46,153 bases of DNA from positions 1-46,153 of IMG/VR virus record IMGVR_UViG_3300024325_000001, one strand, 5' to 3'. The position numbers and the translations under genes are program-made. Of the stretch, positions 1-9,860 are shown one piece after another (positions within the stretch are counted from its first letter, which is position 1; each line of letters begins with the position of its first letter). The stretch is from a virus (lineage: Duplodnaviria > Caudoviricetes). A model generated the notes under the pieces. It was not told the origin of the DNA. It searched no databases and saw only the letters and a list, made by a program, of their open reading frames with translations.

Positions 1-127
1 GCATCAAGGTGATCGGCAACGTCGTCTATGGCATGATCGCGTCGTCGGTCTTCGCCGGCCATGACTATCCGTTCGCGTTCAATCTGGTCACCAACACCAA
101 TCTGGCCATCACGGGCATTACGGCGGC
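1..127. repeat. 127-bp direct repeat identical to 46027-46153 (circular assembly overlap)
   Basis: GCATCAAGGTGATCGGC...ATTACGGCGGC occurs at both ends and lies inside one continuous reading frame. Confidence 0.97.
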
Positions 128-1427
128 GAACACGCCGGTCAGTCCTGCCAGCACAGGAGACTGGACGCCGCCGACGATGGATCTGATCGGCGTGCGCCTC
201 GTCGTGACGCATCCGGGGTTCACTGGTGCCGGCAACGTCTTCTTCGGTTATTTCGATATCAGCGACCCGCTCAATCCCGTGTGGCACGGCGCCAATACGG
301 CCGGCGCGGTGGTGCTGACGACGGTGCCTACGGCGGTCAAGCAGTTCGGCCAGCGGGCTTATTTTGCAATCAATCCTGCTGTAGGTCAGCCCTCGATCGT
401 GGCGAGCAACGTGCTTGACGCCCTGACCGTAACCAATGCGGGACAGGTGCTGACCTTTGGCGACAACGAGCAGCTCACTGCACTTGGCGCATTGCCGCTG
501 GACAATCAGCTCGGCGGTGTCATCCAGGCACTGATCGTCTTCAAAGGCGTATCCAACATCTTCCAGGTCACCGGCGATTTCGCGCTGACGGCTGGCTGGT
601 CGATCAACTCGCTTAACGCCGCAACCGGCACGTTGTCGCCGCTCAGCGTGTGCTCGACGCCGCTTGGGCTTGCGTTCATCTCGCCGGAGGGGCTGCGCAT
701 CATCGACATGAACGCGCACGTCTCGCCGCCGATCGGCGACTCGGGCAAGGGCGTGACGTCAGCCTTCATCTATGCGCTCGAGCCGTCGCGCACCTGCGCC
801 GCGGCCAACGCCAACCTGATCCGCATCTCGGTGAAGAACGGCGGCGTGGCAGGCACACCGATCCAGGAGTATTGGTACCACATCAACCGGGAGTGCTGGA
901 GCGGGCCGCATACGTTCCCGGCATCCTCCATTCAGCCTTATCGAAACACGTTCATCGAGGCGGCCTACGGCGTCAATCACTTATTGTTTCAGAGTGATGC
1001 AGCGCTCTCGAGCACCAGCACATTCGTCGAGAACGGCACGCAGATGGCGTTTGCATGGCAGACCGCGATGCTGCCCGATACCCAGCAGATGTGCGAGAAC
1101 AACGTGCTGGAGTCGACCATCAACATGGCGCTCGCCGCCAACGTCTCGATGGGCATCTCGGCGCTCGACCAGAACGGCACGGTGCTCAACAGCACGGTCG
1201 TTACGCCCACCGGCGCGGCCACCCAATGGGGCAATTTCCAGTGGGGACAGGCCCAGTGGCTGGGTGCTGCGAACGCGCTTTATCCGCAGGAGATACAGTG
1301 GTCGGAGCCGCTGGTGTTTCGCCGCCTCGCATATCTGGTGACGGGGAATTGCGCCAGTGGCATTTTGATCGGCGATATGTTCCTGCGCTATGAGCAACTG
1401 GGCTACCTGCAACAACCGGCGGCATGA
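1..1427 (+). CDS. Tail tube/DNA-stabilisation (nozzle-like) protein, C-terminal part; gene begins at about 45765/45774 across the junction
   Basis: In frame with the ORF at the window end; beta-rich; follows the adaptor gene, as podovirus nozzle genes do. Confidence 0.7.
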   Translation, partial: IKVIGNVVYGMIASSVFAGHDYPFAFNLVTNTNLAITGITAANTPVSPASTGDWTPPTMDLIGVRLVVTHPGFTGAGNVFFGYFDISDPLNPVWHGANTAGAVVLTTVPTAVKQFGQRAYFAINPAVGQPSIVASNVLDALTVTNAGQVLTFGDNEQLTALGALPLDNQLGGVIQALIVFKGVSNIFQVTGDFALTAGWSINSLNAATGTLSPLSVCSTPLGLAFISPEGLRIIDMNAHVSPPIGDSGKGVTSAFIYALEPSRTCAAANANLIRISVKNGGVAGTPIQEYWYHINRECWSGPHTFPASSIQPYRNTFIEAAYGVNHLLFQSDAALSSTSTFVENGTQMAFAWQTAMLPDTQQMCENNVLESTINMALAANVSMGISALDQNGTVLNSTVVTPTGAATQWGNFQWGQAQWLGAANALYPQEIQWSEPLVFRRLAYLVTGNCASGILIGDMFLRYEQLGYLQQPAA

Positions 1428-1428
1428 C

Positions 1429-3030
1429 ATGAAACGACTTCTCGCGGTGCTTCTGTTCTGCCTGCTGCCTTCGCTGGCGCAGGCGGCGACATGCACGTCG
1501 TACCCTTTCACGCTGCAGAACAACACGACTGCGGATGCCACGCAGGTCATGTCCAACTTCAATACGGTGCGCAACTGCGTCGTCAACAACGCAGCTGGCA
1601 GTGGCGTCAACACCGATATCACGTCCATCCTTGGGCTCACGACGCCGCTCTCGCCTGCCCAGGGCGGCTCGTCTGTCTTTATTGGAGGCACGTCGACCGG
1701 CAGCGCCAACGCGCAGGTGGTGGCAGCGACCACGCCTGCCAATTTTTCTTTGACCTCCGGCTATCGGGTTACGTTCACGGTCGGCTTCACCAACAGCGGC
1801 GCCACGACGCTGAACATCAACTCGACCGGCGCCACGGCGGTCAATCGCGTCGGTAACGCCGGTCTCGAGGTGCTGACTGGCGGCGAGTTGGTGGCCGGCA
1901 ATATCGCGGAGGCGATCTACAACGGCTCGGTGTTGGTGCTGCTTACCAGCGACATGAGCGATATCGGGCAGCGCGTCAGCATAGGAGCGGCGGCTACTAC
2001 CGATCTCGGCACGGTGGCGACTCACAACGCGGCTATCACCGGCTCCGGCGCAGCTATCACCTCGTTCGGCTCTACGGCGGTCTCCACCAATCCGATCTAT
2101 CGCATCTCGTTCGCGGGCGCGAACACGCTGACCTACAACGCCAGCTCGCTGATTATTCCCGGCTCGGCCAATCTCACGACAGCCGCCAACGATACGGCCA
2201 CGGTCGAGTATCTGGGCAGTGGCAACTGGCAAGTCCTGAGCTACACCAGGGCGTCGGGCGCTCCGGTTATCCCGATCCTGCCGGTCCCTGCAGGCTTCAA
2301 GAACCTCTCGATAAAGGTCGCGACCAACACGACGGTCGCGGTCGCTGCCGATTTTGTCACGCTTTACGACGGCACCAACACGGTGACCGTCGCGCAGAGC
2401 TCGACCGTCGACCTTGGCTCGGCCGGTGCGGTCAACAAGCTCGACACCGGCACGATCGCCATTGATAGCTGGTACGCGATCTGGGTGATCTACAACGGCA
2501 CGACGGCTGGCGCCTTGGCGTCGCTCAGCGCCACGTCTCCGACGATGCCGGCGGGTTACACCTTCAAGGCGCGCGTGGGCTGGGTCCGCACCATCCATGC
2601 CACCGCGACGCTCTACGGGACATGGCAGTTCGGACGCATCGCGCAGTACGTGGTTGGGTTGGCGCAGACCACGCTTATCCCCAACATCGACAACGGGGTG
2701 AGAGGGACGTTCTCGCAGACGTCGCCGACGCTCACGTCGGTCTCGGTCGCCAACTTCGTGCCCTCTACGGCGTCCCGCATTATGGTGCTCGCTTCAAACG
2801 GCTGGGCGGCAGGAGGCACCGCGAACGTGCTGGTGGCGCCGAACACGTCCTACGGCGGGGCGAACAGGGGGCCGCTGGGCTCGGCCGGAAACGCCTACCC
2901 GCTATATCTCAATAACAACCTGTCGGTGGCGCAAAACGCGACTTTTGTGCTGGAGGGATCTACCATTGCCCTGGCGTCGGATGCGGGCGGCGGCGCCATC
3001 GGGTGCCTTGGCTGGGAGGATAACCTTTAA
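1429..3030 (+). CDS. Tail fibre-like protein with N-terminal Sec signal peptide (533 aa)
   Basis: ATG 1429 immediately after the upstream stop; MKRLLAVLLFCLLPSLAQA|ATC; Thr/Ser/Ala/Gly-rich modules typical of phage fibres (NSGATTLNIN, SLIIPGSANLTTAANDT, LDTGTIAIDSWYAIWVI). Confidence 0.75.
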   Translation: MKRLLAVLLFCLLPSLAQAATCTSYPFTLQNNTTADATQVMSNFNTVRNCVVNNAAGSGVNTDITSILGLTTPLSPAQGGSSVFIGGTSTGSANAQVVAATTPANFSLTSGYRVTFTVGFTNSGATTLNINSTGATAVNRVGNAGLEVLTGGELVAGNIAEAIYNGSVLVLLTSDMSDIGQRVSIGAAATTDLGTVATHNAAITGSGAAITSFGSTAVSTNPIYRISFAGANTLTYNASSLIIPGSANLTTAANDTATVEYLGSGNWQVLSYTRASGAPVIPILPVPAGFKNLSIKVATNTTVAVAADFVTLYDGTNTVTVAQSSTVDLGSAGAVNKLDTGTIAIDSWYAIWVIYNGTTAGALASLSATSPTMPAGYTFKARVGWVRTIHATATLYGTWQFGRIAQYVVGLAQTTLIPNIDNGVRGTFSQTSPTLTSVSVANFVPSTASRIMVLASNGWAAGGTANVLVAPNTSYGGANRGPLGSAGNAYPLYLNNNLSVAQNATFVLEGSTIALASDAGGGAIGCLGWEDNL

Positions 3031-3098
3031 GACTGGCAGAACAATGATTTGTCTGCTAGAGTTCAACCGGGCTGCGAACGCCCATTAGGAGATCGGCG

Positions 3099-3692
3099 AT
3101 GTTGAAGAAACTGCTCATGGGCACCGTGGCGCTGGTTTTCGCCGCTGGTCTCGCAACCGCTTCCAATCTTACCCTGCTCTCAGGCCCGCAGGATCCGAGC
3201 CAGATGCTGGCGACGATCAACAGCCTGATCCAGAGCATCAATTTTGGCGTCAACGGGCGGCTTACGGCGGTCGTCACGCCGGCCGGCAACACCACGACGG
3301 CCGAGCAGACGCTGGCCACCTACACGCTTCCGGCCAACCGCATCGCAGCCACTGGCGACGCGGTACGCATCCGCTGCTGGGGCACGTCGGCGGCGAACTC
3401 CGATCTCAAGACCCTCAAGATATACTTCGGCACCACCTCGTTCTCCTCGGCCACGGCGGGCGGCGCTCCGAACAACAAGGTGTTCGACGCCGAGATGTTC
3501 GTGGTTCGCTCCGGCGCGGCCACCCAGGATATCGTTGGCAGGATAGGCTTTGACGTGACCTCGCAGTCGCTTCAGACCAGCGTGGCCGGCACGGACGCCT
3601 GGACCGCCAATCAGACCATCAAATGCACCAGCACGTCGGCCGCATCCGGCGACCTGACCCTGCAGGGCATGTACGTCGAGCAGGTGAAATAA
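3099..3692 (+). CDS. Putative virion/decoration protein with Sec signal peptide
   Basis: AGGAG RBS; MLKKLLMGTVALVFAAGLATA|SN; Thr/Ser-rich beta protein with two Cys. Confidence 0.65.
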   Translation: MLKKLLMGTVALVFAAGLATASNLTLLSGPQDPSQMLATINSLIQSINFGVNGRLTAVVTPAGNTTTAEQTLATYTLPANRIAATGDAVRIRCWGTSAANSDLKTLKIYFGTTSFSSATAGGAPNNKVFDAEMFVVRSGAATQDIVGRIGFDVTSQSLQTSVAGTDAWTANQTIKCTSTSAASGDLTLQGMYVEQVK

Positions 3693-3850
3693 TGGCAAAA
3701 ATGGCGAACCGGAGTATGCTGAAGAAGGGGCTGAAAACCTCGATGCCAGCCGCTCCATCAGCAAAGGCCAAGGGTGCCAACATCAACAGCGATGCGATCC
3801 GCAAGGGTCCAGCCGCCACTCCCAAAAGCCTCGGCGGTCGTACCGCCTAG
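3692..3850 (+). CDS. Small basic protein (52 aa)
   Basis: TAATG coupling to the upstream gene; Lys/Ala-rich MAKMANRSMLKKG. Confidence 0.55.
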   Translation: MAKMANRSMLKKGLKTSMPAAPSAKAKGANINSDAIRKGPAATPKSLGGRTA

Positions 3851-4322
3851 GCCGCAGCCGACGCTCCAGTGGGAGCGCTTCGGCCTGATTGCCAAGGAGT
3901 TCCCGGTGCTGTTCCGGCAGCACTGGGCCGAGATTGCGCTGCACAAGGACGCCATCCCGCTCGACCCGCACTGGGACCGCTATTACGACTTCGACGTTGC
4001 CGATATCCTCAACGTCCTGACGGTGCGGGCGAACGGCGTGCTGGTCGGCTATATGTTCATCTTGGTCTACCCGCACCTGCACTACGCCTCCACGACCTGG
4101 GCGCAGACCGATATGTTCTGGCTGTCGCCAGCCTATCGGGAGGGCTGGACCGGCATCCGCATGTTCAAGGAGACCGAGCGCCACGTAAAAGCCCGCGGTG
4201 CCAAGATGATAAAGGTAATCATTAAACTGTTCTTTGAAGCAGATCGTGGTACACTCGGGCGGCTCTTGAAGCGGCTCGGGTACGTCAACGACGAGACCAT
4301 CTGGTCCAAGTTTTTAGGATAG
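3774..4322 (+). CDS. GNAT-family acetyltransferase (start uncertain)
   Basis: LVGYMF...DMFWLSPAYREGWTGIRMFKETE...RGAK...LKRLGY matches the GNAT pattern; this is the usual position before podovirus ejection genes. Confidence 0.8.
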   Translation: MPTSTAMRSARVQPPLPKASAVVPPRPQPTLQWERFGLIAKEFPVLFRQHWAEIALHKDAIPLDPHWDRYYDFDVADILNVLTVRANGVLVGYMFILVYPHLHYASTTWAQTDMFWLSPAYREGWTGIRMFKETERHVKARGAKMIKVIIKLFFEADRGTLGRLLKRLGYVNDETIWSKFLG

Positions 4323-4325
4323 CCA

Positions 4326-5336
4326 ATGGCTGGCGTGGCAGGACTGGTCAGTGCGGGTCTGGGTGCCTACGGCGCGCTCAGCGGCTCGAGCACGGCCAGC
4401 AAGGTTGCGCTGCCGCCCCAGTTCAACATGCCCAACATGGCGGGAGCCGCGCAGGGCGCCTACAACGGCATCCAGGGATTGGCAGGAGCTGGTATCCCGC
4501 AGCAGACCGTCCCGCTGTACCAGCAGACCGCACTGCAGCAGTACAACAACCCCTACGCCGATATGTTTTTGCAGGGCGCGCAGGGCGGCGCCGGCATGGG
4601 CATGGCGGCAGGGCAGACTGGCTTCAACGCAGGCGCAGGCGCGATCGGCACCGGGCAGCAGTTCCAGGGCGCCGGGATGAGCACCATCCCTTACGCCTCG
4701 GCCATCGCCAACACGGCGTTCGACCCGCAGAACGCGCTCTACCAGAAGACCCAGCAGGATCTGGTGGACCAGACCAGGGCGGCGCAGGCAGCTCGCGGCG
4801 TGGCGACGACGCCCTATGGAGCGGCCGGCGAAAGCGACGCGCTTCGCAAGTTCAATATCGACTGGCAGAACCAGCAGCTTGGTCGGCAGATCGCCGGTGG
4901 GCAAGGCGCGGCTGGGATACTGCAGAGTGGCGCCGGGACGTCGGGTGCAGGCACAGGCATCGTCGGGCAGGGCATCGGTCAGCAGACGCAGGGGGCGAGC
5001 ACGTTCGCCAACGCCGCCGGCTTGCCCTACTCCGCCTATGGTCAGATCGGTCAGGGCCAGTTCGGCGCGCTCAACAACCTGCAAAGCGGCGTGCAGGGCG
5101 CCCAGGCGATCGGCATGACGCCGGTGCAGGCGTATCTTAATTATCTCGGCGTGGGCAACCAGGCGGGGCAAGTGGCCAACAACCAGACCAAGATGGGGCT
5201 GGATCAGGCCAGCTTGGCGTTCAACCAGAACCAGACGTTGGGCTCCAACCTGGGCTCGAGTCTGGCTGGTCTGGGCAAGGCGTACAGCAGCGGCTTCCCC
5301 GGCGCGCAGAGCGGATGGAACTGGTTAAATGCCTAG
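4326..5336 (+). CDS. Internal virion/DNA ejection protein 1
   Basis: Gly/Ala/Gln-rich with a hydrophobic GA-rich N-terminus; synteny. Confidence 0.65.
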   Translation: MAGVAGLVSAGLGAYGALSGSSTASKVALPPQFNMPNMAGAAQGAYNGIQGLAGAGIPQQTVPLYQQTALQQYNNPYADMFLQGAQGGAGMGMAAGQTGFNAGAGAIGTGQQFQGAGMSTIPYASAIANTAFDPQNALYQKTQQDLVDQTRAAQAARGVATTPYGAAGESDALRKFNIDWQNQQLGRQIAGGQGAAGILQSGAGTSGAGTGIVGQGIGQQTQGASTFANAAGLPYSAYGQIGQGQFGALNNLQSGVQGAQAIGMTPVQAYLNYLGVGNQAGQVANNQTKMGLDQASLAFNQNQTLGSNLGSSLAGLGKAYSSGFPGAQSGWNWLNA

Positions 5337-7212
5337 CGCAGCAGGACTGTCAGCGGCCTACGGTGGGTATCAGCAGGCCCGCAAGGCCGACACTCAGATC
5401 GAGCAGGGCGATATCGCCAACCAAGAGGCTCGCGTTGCCCAGGAGGGCGAAGCGGCCTGGGGCAACACCATCCCTGTGCTCCAGCAGATGCTGCAGCCGG
5501 GGGCGACCCCTATGCCTGGACAGCCCAGCCAACCTATGCAGTTGGCTGCAGCACGTTCCCAAGGACCGCAGCCCCAGATGCTGGGTGCGCCACCGCCGCC
5601 CAGCGATCCTACGTGGTCTGTAGGGCCTTCCGCCGGGGCGCCCCCGCCTCCTCAACCCAGCGGCAGCGGCCCCGCGTCCTTTGGCGATCGGTTTGGCGCG
5701 TCAGCGCCTCCGCCTCCTCCCGCCGCCCCACCCCAACAGGCGCCCCCTTCGCAGCCGCCGATGCAACAACAGGGCGCGCAGGCACAGCAGCCTCAGCAAC
5801 AGGGTCGGCTGGATCTGCACACCATCATGGCCGCTGTCGTGAAGGCAAATCCTGGTGCGAAGCCCGCGGTGATCGCTGCTGCCGTAGCCAAGGCGTTGCC
5901 GCTGATGACCGCGCAGTCGCAGATGGACTATAAAAATCTGATGATCCAGCTCGGCAACACCCGCGAGCAGGGGCGCAACGAGCGACAAGGTGCTCAGCTT
6001 GAGTCGCAGGAGTACCGCAGCGACTCAACCAATCAAGTGCGACAAGGTATCGCGGAGGGCAACCAGCGCACCCGTCAAAATATCGCTACGGGTAATCAAG
6101 AGAGCCGGGAGCGCATCGCTACCGGGCGAAACGAAGCCGCGGGCCAGCGCGCCGAACTCTCGGCCCAGACCCGGCTCGCTGTCTCCACGCTCAGCAACGA
6201 GACCCGGCGAGATATTGCTGACGTGCTGGACAAAGGGCGCACTGGACGCGCCGAACTTTCGGCTAGATCTCGCCAGGAGATCGCCAAGCTTAACTCGGCC
6301 ACCCGCATGGAGATCATGGGGGCGTTGGAGGAAGGTCGGAACGCCCGCTTTGTCGCTGGTGAAGAGGGCAAAAGCAACCGGCAGATCGTTGGCGAGAAAA
6401 ATAAGAACGCTCGGTTTACCGAAGGCGAGATGCAGAAGAACGAGCGGCAAGCTGTTACTGAGCAGGGACGTGCAACCCGGCAAGGCGTAGCCGAAGAAGG
6501 ACGCATGGGAAGGGCTGAACTATCAGCCAATACACGCTCTGATATTGCTCGCATGTCGGTCGAAGCGCGTCGGGAGCTTCAGGATAATCTCGAGGCGGGT
6601 CGCATGGGCCGCGCTGAATTGTCGGCGCAGACTAGAGGTGAGATCGCCCGCTTAGGAGCGCAGAGCCGTCAAGAGATCGCGAGCCAGTTGGAAGCCGGCC
6701 GCAACGCGAGAACGGGTACACTCGAGGAAGGACGCAATACCCGAAACGCAGCCACCCTCGAGAGCCGCGGCACAATCGCCACAAACAAAGAAGCAGGGCT
6801 TAATGCGCGACAAGCTACTCGCAACGAGTTCTTGTCACAGCGCATTAAATTGCAGAACGCCAATCTGGAGCGCCAAATAACACGCGACGGCCGACTTGAA
6901 GACAACGCTCGCAATCGTCAGACACTGAAACTGATGGAAGACGATAACAACGCCGAGTTCAAGCGAGCGCAGCAGAAGATTGCGGCGCAGAACGTCTTCG
7001 CTCCCAACAAGAGCAAGCAGCAATTAACGCAGGATGCCGAGACCGCTTATCAGAACGCTAGGCAGCGGATTGAGCAGTATCGCACGTCGCTGGGCGGTCG
7101 CGGCAACGAGGGCACGCCGCCGCCCGAGACACTGAAAGAGGGCCATGTCACCACGTTCGACAACGGGCAGAAGTGGACCCTTCAAGGTGGTAAGCCCGTT
7201 CGGGTGCCGTAG
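5329..7212 (+). CDS. Internal virion/ejection protein 2 with Pro/Gln-rich region and 11-aa repeats
   Basis: Synteny; PQ-rich linker; repeated EEGRxxR and GRAELSA units. Confidence 0.65.
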   Translation: MPSAAGLSAAYGGYQQARKADTQIEQGDIANQEARVAQEGEAAWGNTIPVLQQMLQPGATPMPGQPSQPMQLAAARSQGPQPQMLGAPPPPSDPTWSVGPSAGAPPPPQPSGSGPASFGDRFGASAPPPPPAAPPQQAPPSQPPMQQQGAQAQQPQQQGRLDLHTIMAAVVKANPGAKPAVIAAAVAKALPLMTAQSQMDYKNLMIQLGNTREQGRNERQGAQLESQEYRSDSTNQVRQGIAEGNQRTRQNIATGNQESRERIATGRNEAAGQRAELSAQTRLAVSTLSNETRRDIADVLDKGRTGRAELSARSRQEIAKLNSATRMEIMGALEEGRNARFVAGEEGKSNRQIVGEKNKNARFTEGEMQKNERQAVTEQGRATRQGVAEEGRMGRAELSANTRSDIARMSVEARRELQDNLEAGRMGRAELSAQTRGEIARLGAQSRQEIASQLEAGRNARTGTLEEGRNTRNAATLESRGTIATNKEAGLNARQATRNEFLSQRIKLQNANLERQITRDGRLEDNARNRQTLKLMEDDNNAEFKRAQQKIAAQNVFAPNKSKQQLTQDAETAYQNARQRIEQYRTSLGGRGNEGTPPPETLKEGHVTTFDNGQKWTLQGGKPVRVP

Positions 7213-9860
7213 TGGCCGAGCCCCAACTCAAGATTACCGTTACTCCCGAGCCGAAGCCCGGTAACCCTTGGGGCGTGAAGTCTGTTGAACCGGTGCCGAC
7301 GCAGAGCAGCGCGTGGACACCGCTTGAGACGAAGCCGTTGGAGCAGCCCAACAATACTGCGCAACCTCCGTCCACGCCGTGGTACGTCAAGGCCATTGAA
7401 CCAATCACGTCTTATCCCGCCGAAGAATCGCGCATTGCCAACGAGGGCTATGAGCAGTCCAAACAGGGTTTCAAGGACCTGCGCCCTGAAGCGATGGGCG
7501 GCCCATCAGGCGGCACGGCTGGGGCGTTGTGGGATGCTGTCACCGGCGCAGCCAAGATGGCTACGGCTCCGATCGAGGCTGGACTGAACACAGTGGTCGG
7601 CAAGCCGATCGAGGAAAACTTTGGCATCCCTAAGGAATATCCTGCGTTCACTGCGTCGCTTGCAATTCCATATTACGGCCTACGCGGTGGCGCAGCTCAG
7701 ATTACTGGGAAGAAGATTTTTACGCCCGAGGCACTCCCCGGCGCCGAGCCTGCGGTCGCGTCAATTCGTCGCGAGGCAGGCGTCGCTGCGCGCGACACCG
7801 CTACCACGGCGCAAGCAATCGAGGAGCACTACCCGCTGGTCAACACCATGTCGGACCCCGAACGGTTCGACTTGATCCGTTACATGGAGGGACGATCTAG
7901 CGGTGCTCCTCCGCTCGCAAACCCGCAGACACAGAGACTCGCCGACACGCTGCGCACCCAGTTCGAGCAGCGAGCTTCCAAGATCGCGGCATTGCCCACG
8001 CACCAGCAAATGGCATTTGTGGAGGACTACTATCCGCACTTCTGGAAAGACCCGGCGGCTGCGACAAACTACGTGCAGAACTATGTCGGTGTTGGCAAAC
8101 AGGGCAGCGGCGCCAGCATGAAGGCTCGGTCGATGCCAACGATCGAGGATGGCATTCGTGCAGGGCTAGAGCCTGTGACCACCAATCCGCTCGAAGCAAC
8201 CATGCGCTATGTCACCAGCATGGACAAGTTCATTGCCCAGCAACGAGTATTTCAGGAAGGCGTGCGGGACGGCAACATTGTGTTTGCGCGGCCCAACGCA
8301 ATGGGCGCATCGGGTCATCCGGTGAGCGTGCAAAATATTCCATCAGGCTACGTGCCGTTGATGGGTCGCGGAGCGGTCGATGCTACTGGCAGGCAGGCGT
8401 TCGCGCCGGAGAACTGGGCACGCATCTATAACAATTTCATCGGCCAGGGCGTCGAGCGGTTTGGCCCTGAATATGGCGCGGCCTACAACGCAGCGCGCAA
8501 GACCAACAACGCGGTAACGGCGCTTGAACTCGCTTTCTCCGGCTATCACGCCCTGACGATGGGACAGGAGGCGATGGTCAACGAGGTGGCGCGTGCCATC
8601 CAGCAGGGCGGTCGGCGTAACCCGCTGCAGGCGATGTGGACAATACTGAAGGCCCCCGTGGCGCCGTTTACACTCGCACGCACCGGCGGCGAGGTCGAGC
8701 GTGGCGCGCTAGGTGGTGCGATGACGCCTGAGATGCGGCATATCGTTGATATCCTGACCGAAGGCGGTGCTCGCTTCAAAGGCCGCGAACACGCGGCCGA
8801 TATTGGCAACTCGGCTGCAGGATCGTTCTTTACAGCATGGAAACGCGGTTCGCTGAAAACTGAGATTTTATCGGACGTTTCGCAGTTTCGCGGCTCGCCT
8901 ATCACCGGGCAGGCGGGGCTTGTGGCGAAGAATGTTGGTCGCATCATGGATACCGTGATGCACCCGCTCTTTCAGACATACATTCCCAAACTAAAGAATG
9001 GGGCGGCCTACGAGAACATGGCCGACTGGATGCGCGCCAACCCCACAGCAACACGTCCAGAGCAAGTCGCAGCCGCGCGTAAGATCATCGACTCGGTGGA
9101 CAACCGTTTTGGCGAAATGATCCAGGACAATATCTTCTGGACCAAACTCTTGAAGCAATCGTCGATGCTGGCGATGCGATCGTACTCGTGGAACCTGGGA
9201 ACGGTGCGCGAGCTTGGCGGCGCCATGACTGACACGCTCGCAGGCACCAAGGGGATGACGCAGCGGCAAGCCTACGCCATCGCGCTGCCGATTGTGTACG
9301 GGATCACAGGAGCAACTTATCAATATCTGAAGACCGGCGAAGGCCCGCAGGACACCCAAGACTTGATGGCGCCGCGCACTGGCGGCACTGATGCCACAAC
9401 GGGCGAGCCAGAGCGCATCGTGCCGCCCGGTTACATGAAAGACGTGTTCGGCTGGACCAGCAATCCACGACAGGAGGCCATTAACAAGTTGTCGACAGCG
9501 CCGCGGCTCGCGGGCGAAATGCTGTTCACCGGCAAGGACTGGCGTGGCGATCCAATCGCGCCTCCACGAGAAGATGACACGTCGATGCCGGCCAACGTGC
9601 CGAACTGGTTGAAGGCGTACTTTACGCATGTCACCGAAGCGATGGGACCGATCTCAGTCAAAAACTTTGCCAAAGGTCCGAAGGAAGGGTCAAATCTGAC
9701 CGGGCTTGAGCGCATTCTGGGGCTGCAGCCTGCCGGCATGGAGAAGACAGCGCCAGAAGGCTTCGAGGTGATGATGCGTCGCAAGGAGTTCAAGGCGTGG
9801 CGTCTGAAGCAGATGCACGACGAGAACGAGAAAAACAAGTACGAGTATAAGGGACCATGA
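7212..9860 (+). CDS. Large internal virion/ejection protein 3 (882 aa)
   Basis: Largest late gene, last of the ejection trio, predicted helical. Confidence 0.6.
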   Translation: MAEPQLKITVTPEPKPGNPWGVKSVEPVPTQSSAWTPLETKPLEQPNNTAQPPSTPWYVKAIEPITSYPAEESRIANEGYEQSKQGFKDLRPEAMGGPSGGTAGALWDAVTGAAKMATAPIEAGLNTVVGKPIEENFGIPKEYPAFTASLAIPYYGLRGGAAQITGKKIFTPEALPGAEPAVASIRREAGVAARDTATTAQAIEEHYPLVNTMSDPERFDLIRYMEGRSSGAPPLANPQTQRLADTLRTQFEQRASKIAALPTHQQMAFVEDYYPHFWKDPAAATNYVQNYVGVGKQGSGASMKARSMPTIEDGIRAGLEPVTTNPLEATMRYVTSMDKFIAQQRVFQEGVRDGNIVFARPNAMGASGHPVSVQNIPSGYVPLMGRGAVDATGRQAFAPENWARIYNNFIGQGVERFGPEYGAAYNAARKTNNAVTALELAFSGYHALTMGQEAMVNEVARAIQQGGRRNPLQAMWTILKAPVAPFTLARTGGEVERGALGGAMTPEMRHIVDILTEGGARFKGREHAADIGNSAAGSFFTAWKRGSLKTEILSDVSQFRGSPITGQAGLVAKNVGRIMDTVMHPLFQTYIPKLKNGAAYENMADWMRANPTATRPEQVAAARKIIDSVDNRFGEMIQDNIFWTKLLKQSSMLAMRSYSWNLGTVRELGGAMTDTLAGTKGMTQRQAYAIALPIVYGITGATYQYLKTGEGPQDTQDLMAPRTGGTDATTGEPERIVPPGYMKDVFGWTSNPRQEAINKLSTAPRLAGEMLFTGKDWRGDPIAPPREDDTSMPANVPNWLKAYFTHVTEAMGPISVKNFAKGPKEGSNLTGLERILGLQPAGMEKTAPEGFEVMMRRKEFKAWRLKQMHDENEKNKYEYKGP

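Noticed and set aside
1201-2598. Long antisense ORFs here and at 4314-5171, 11976-12797, 34149-35171 and 44668-45780
   Set aside because: Arg/Gly-rich antisense shadows of well-supported genes.
3033-3059. Hairpin CTGGCAGA...TCTGCTAG as an intrinsic terminator
   Set aside because: Weak stem and no U-tract.
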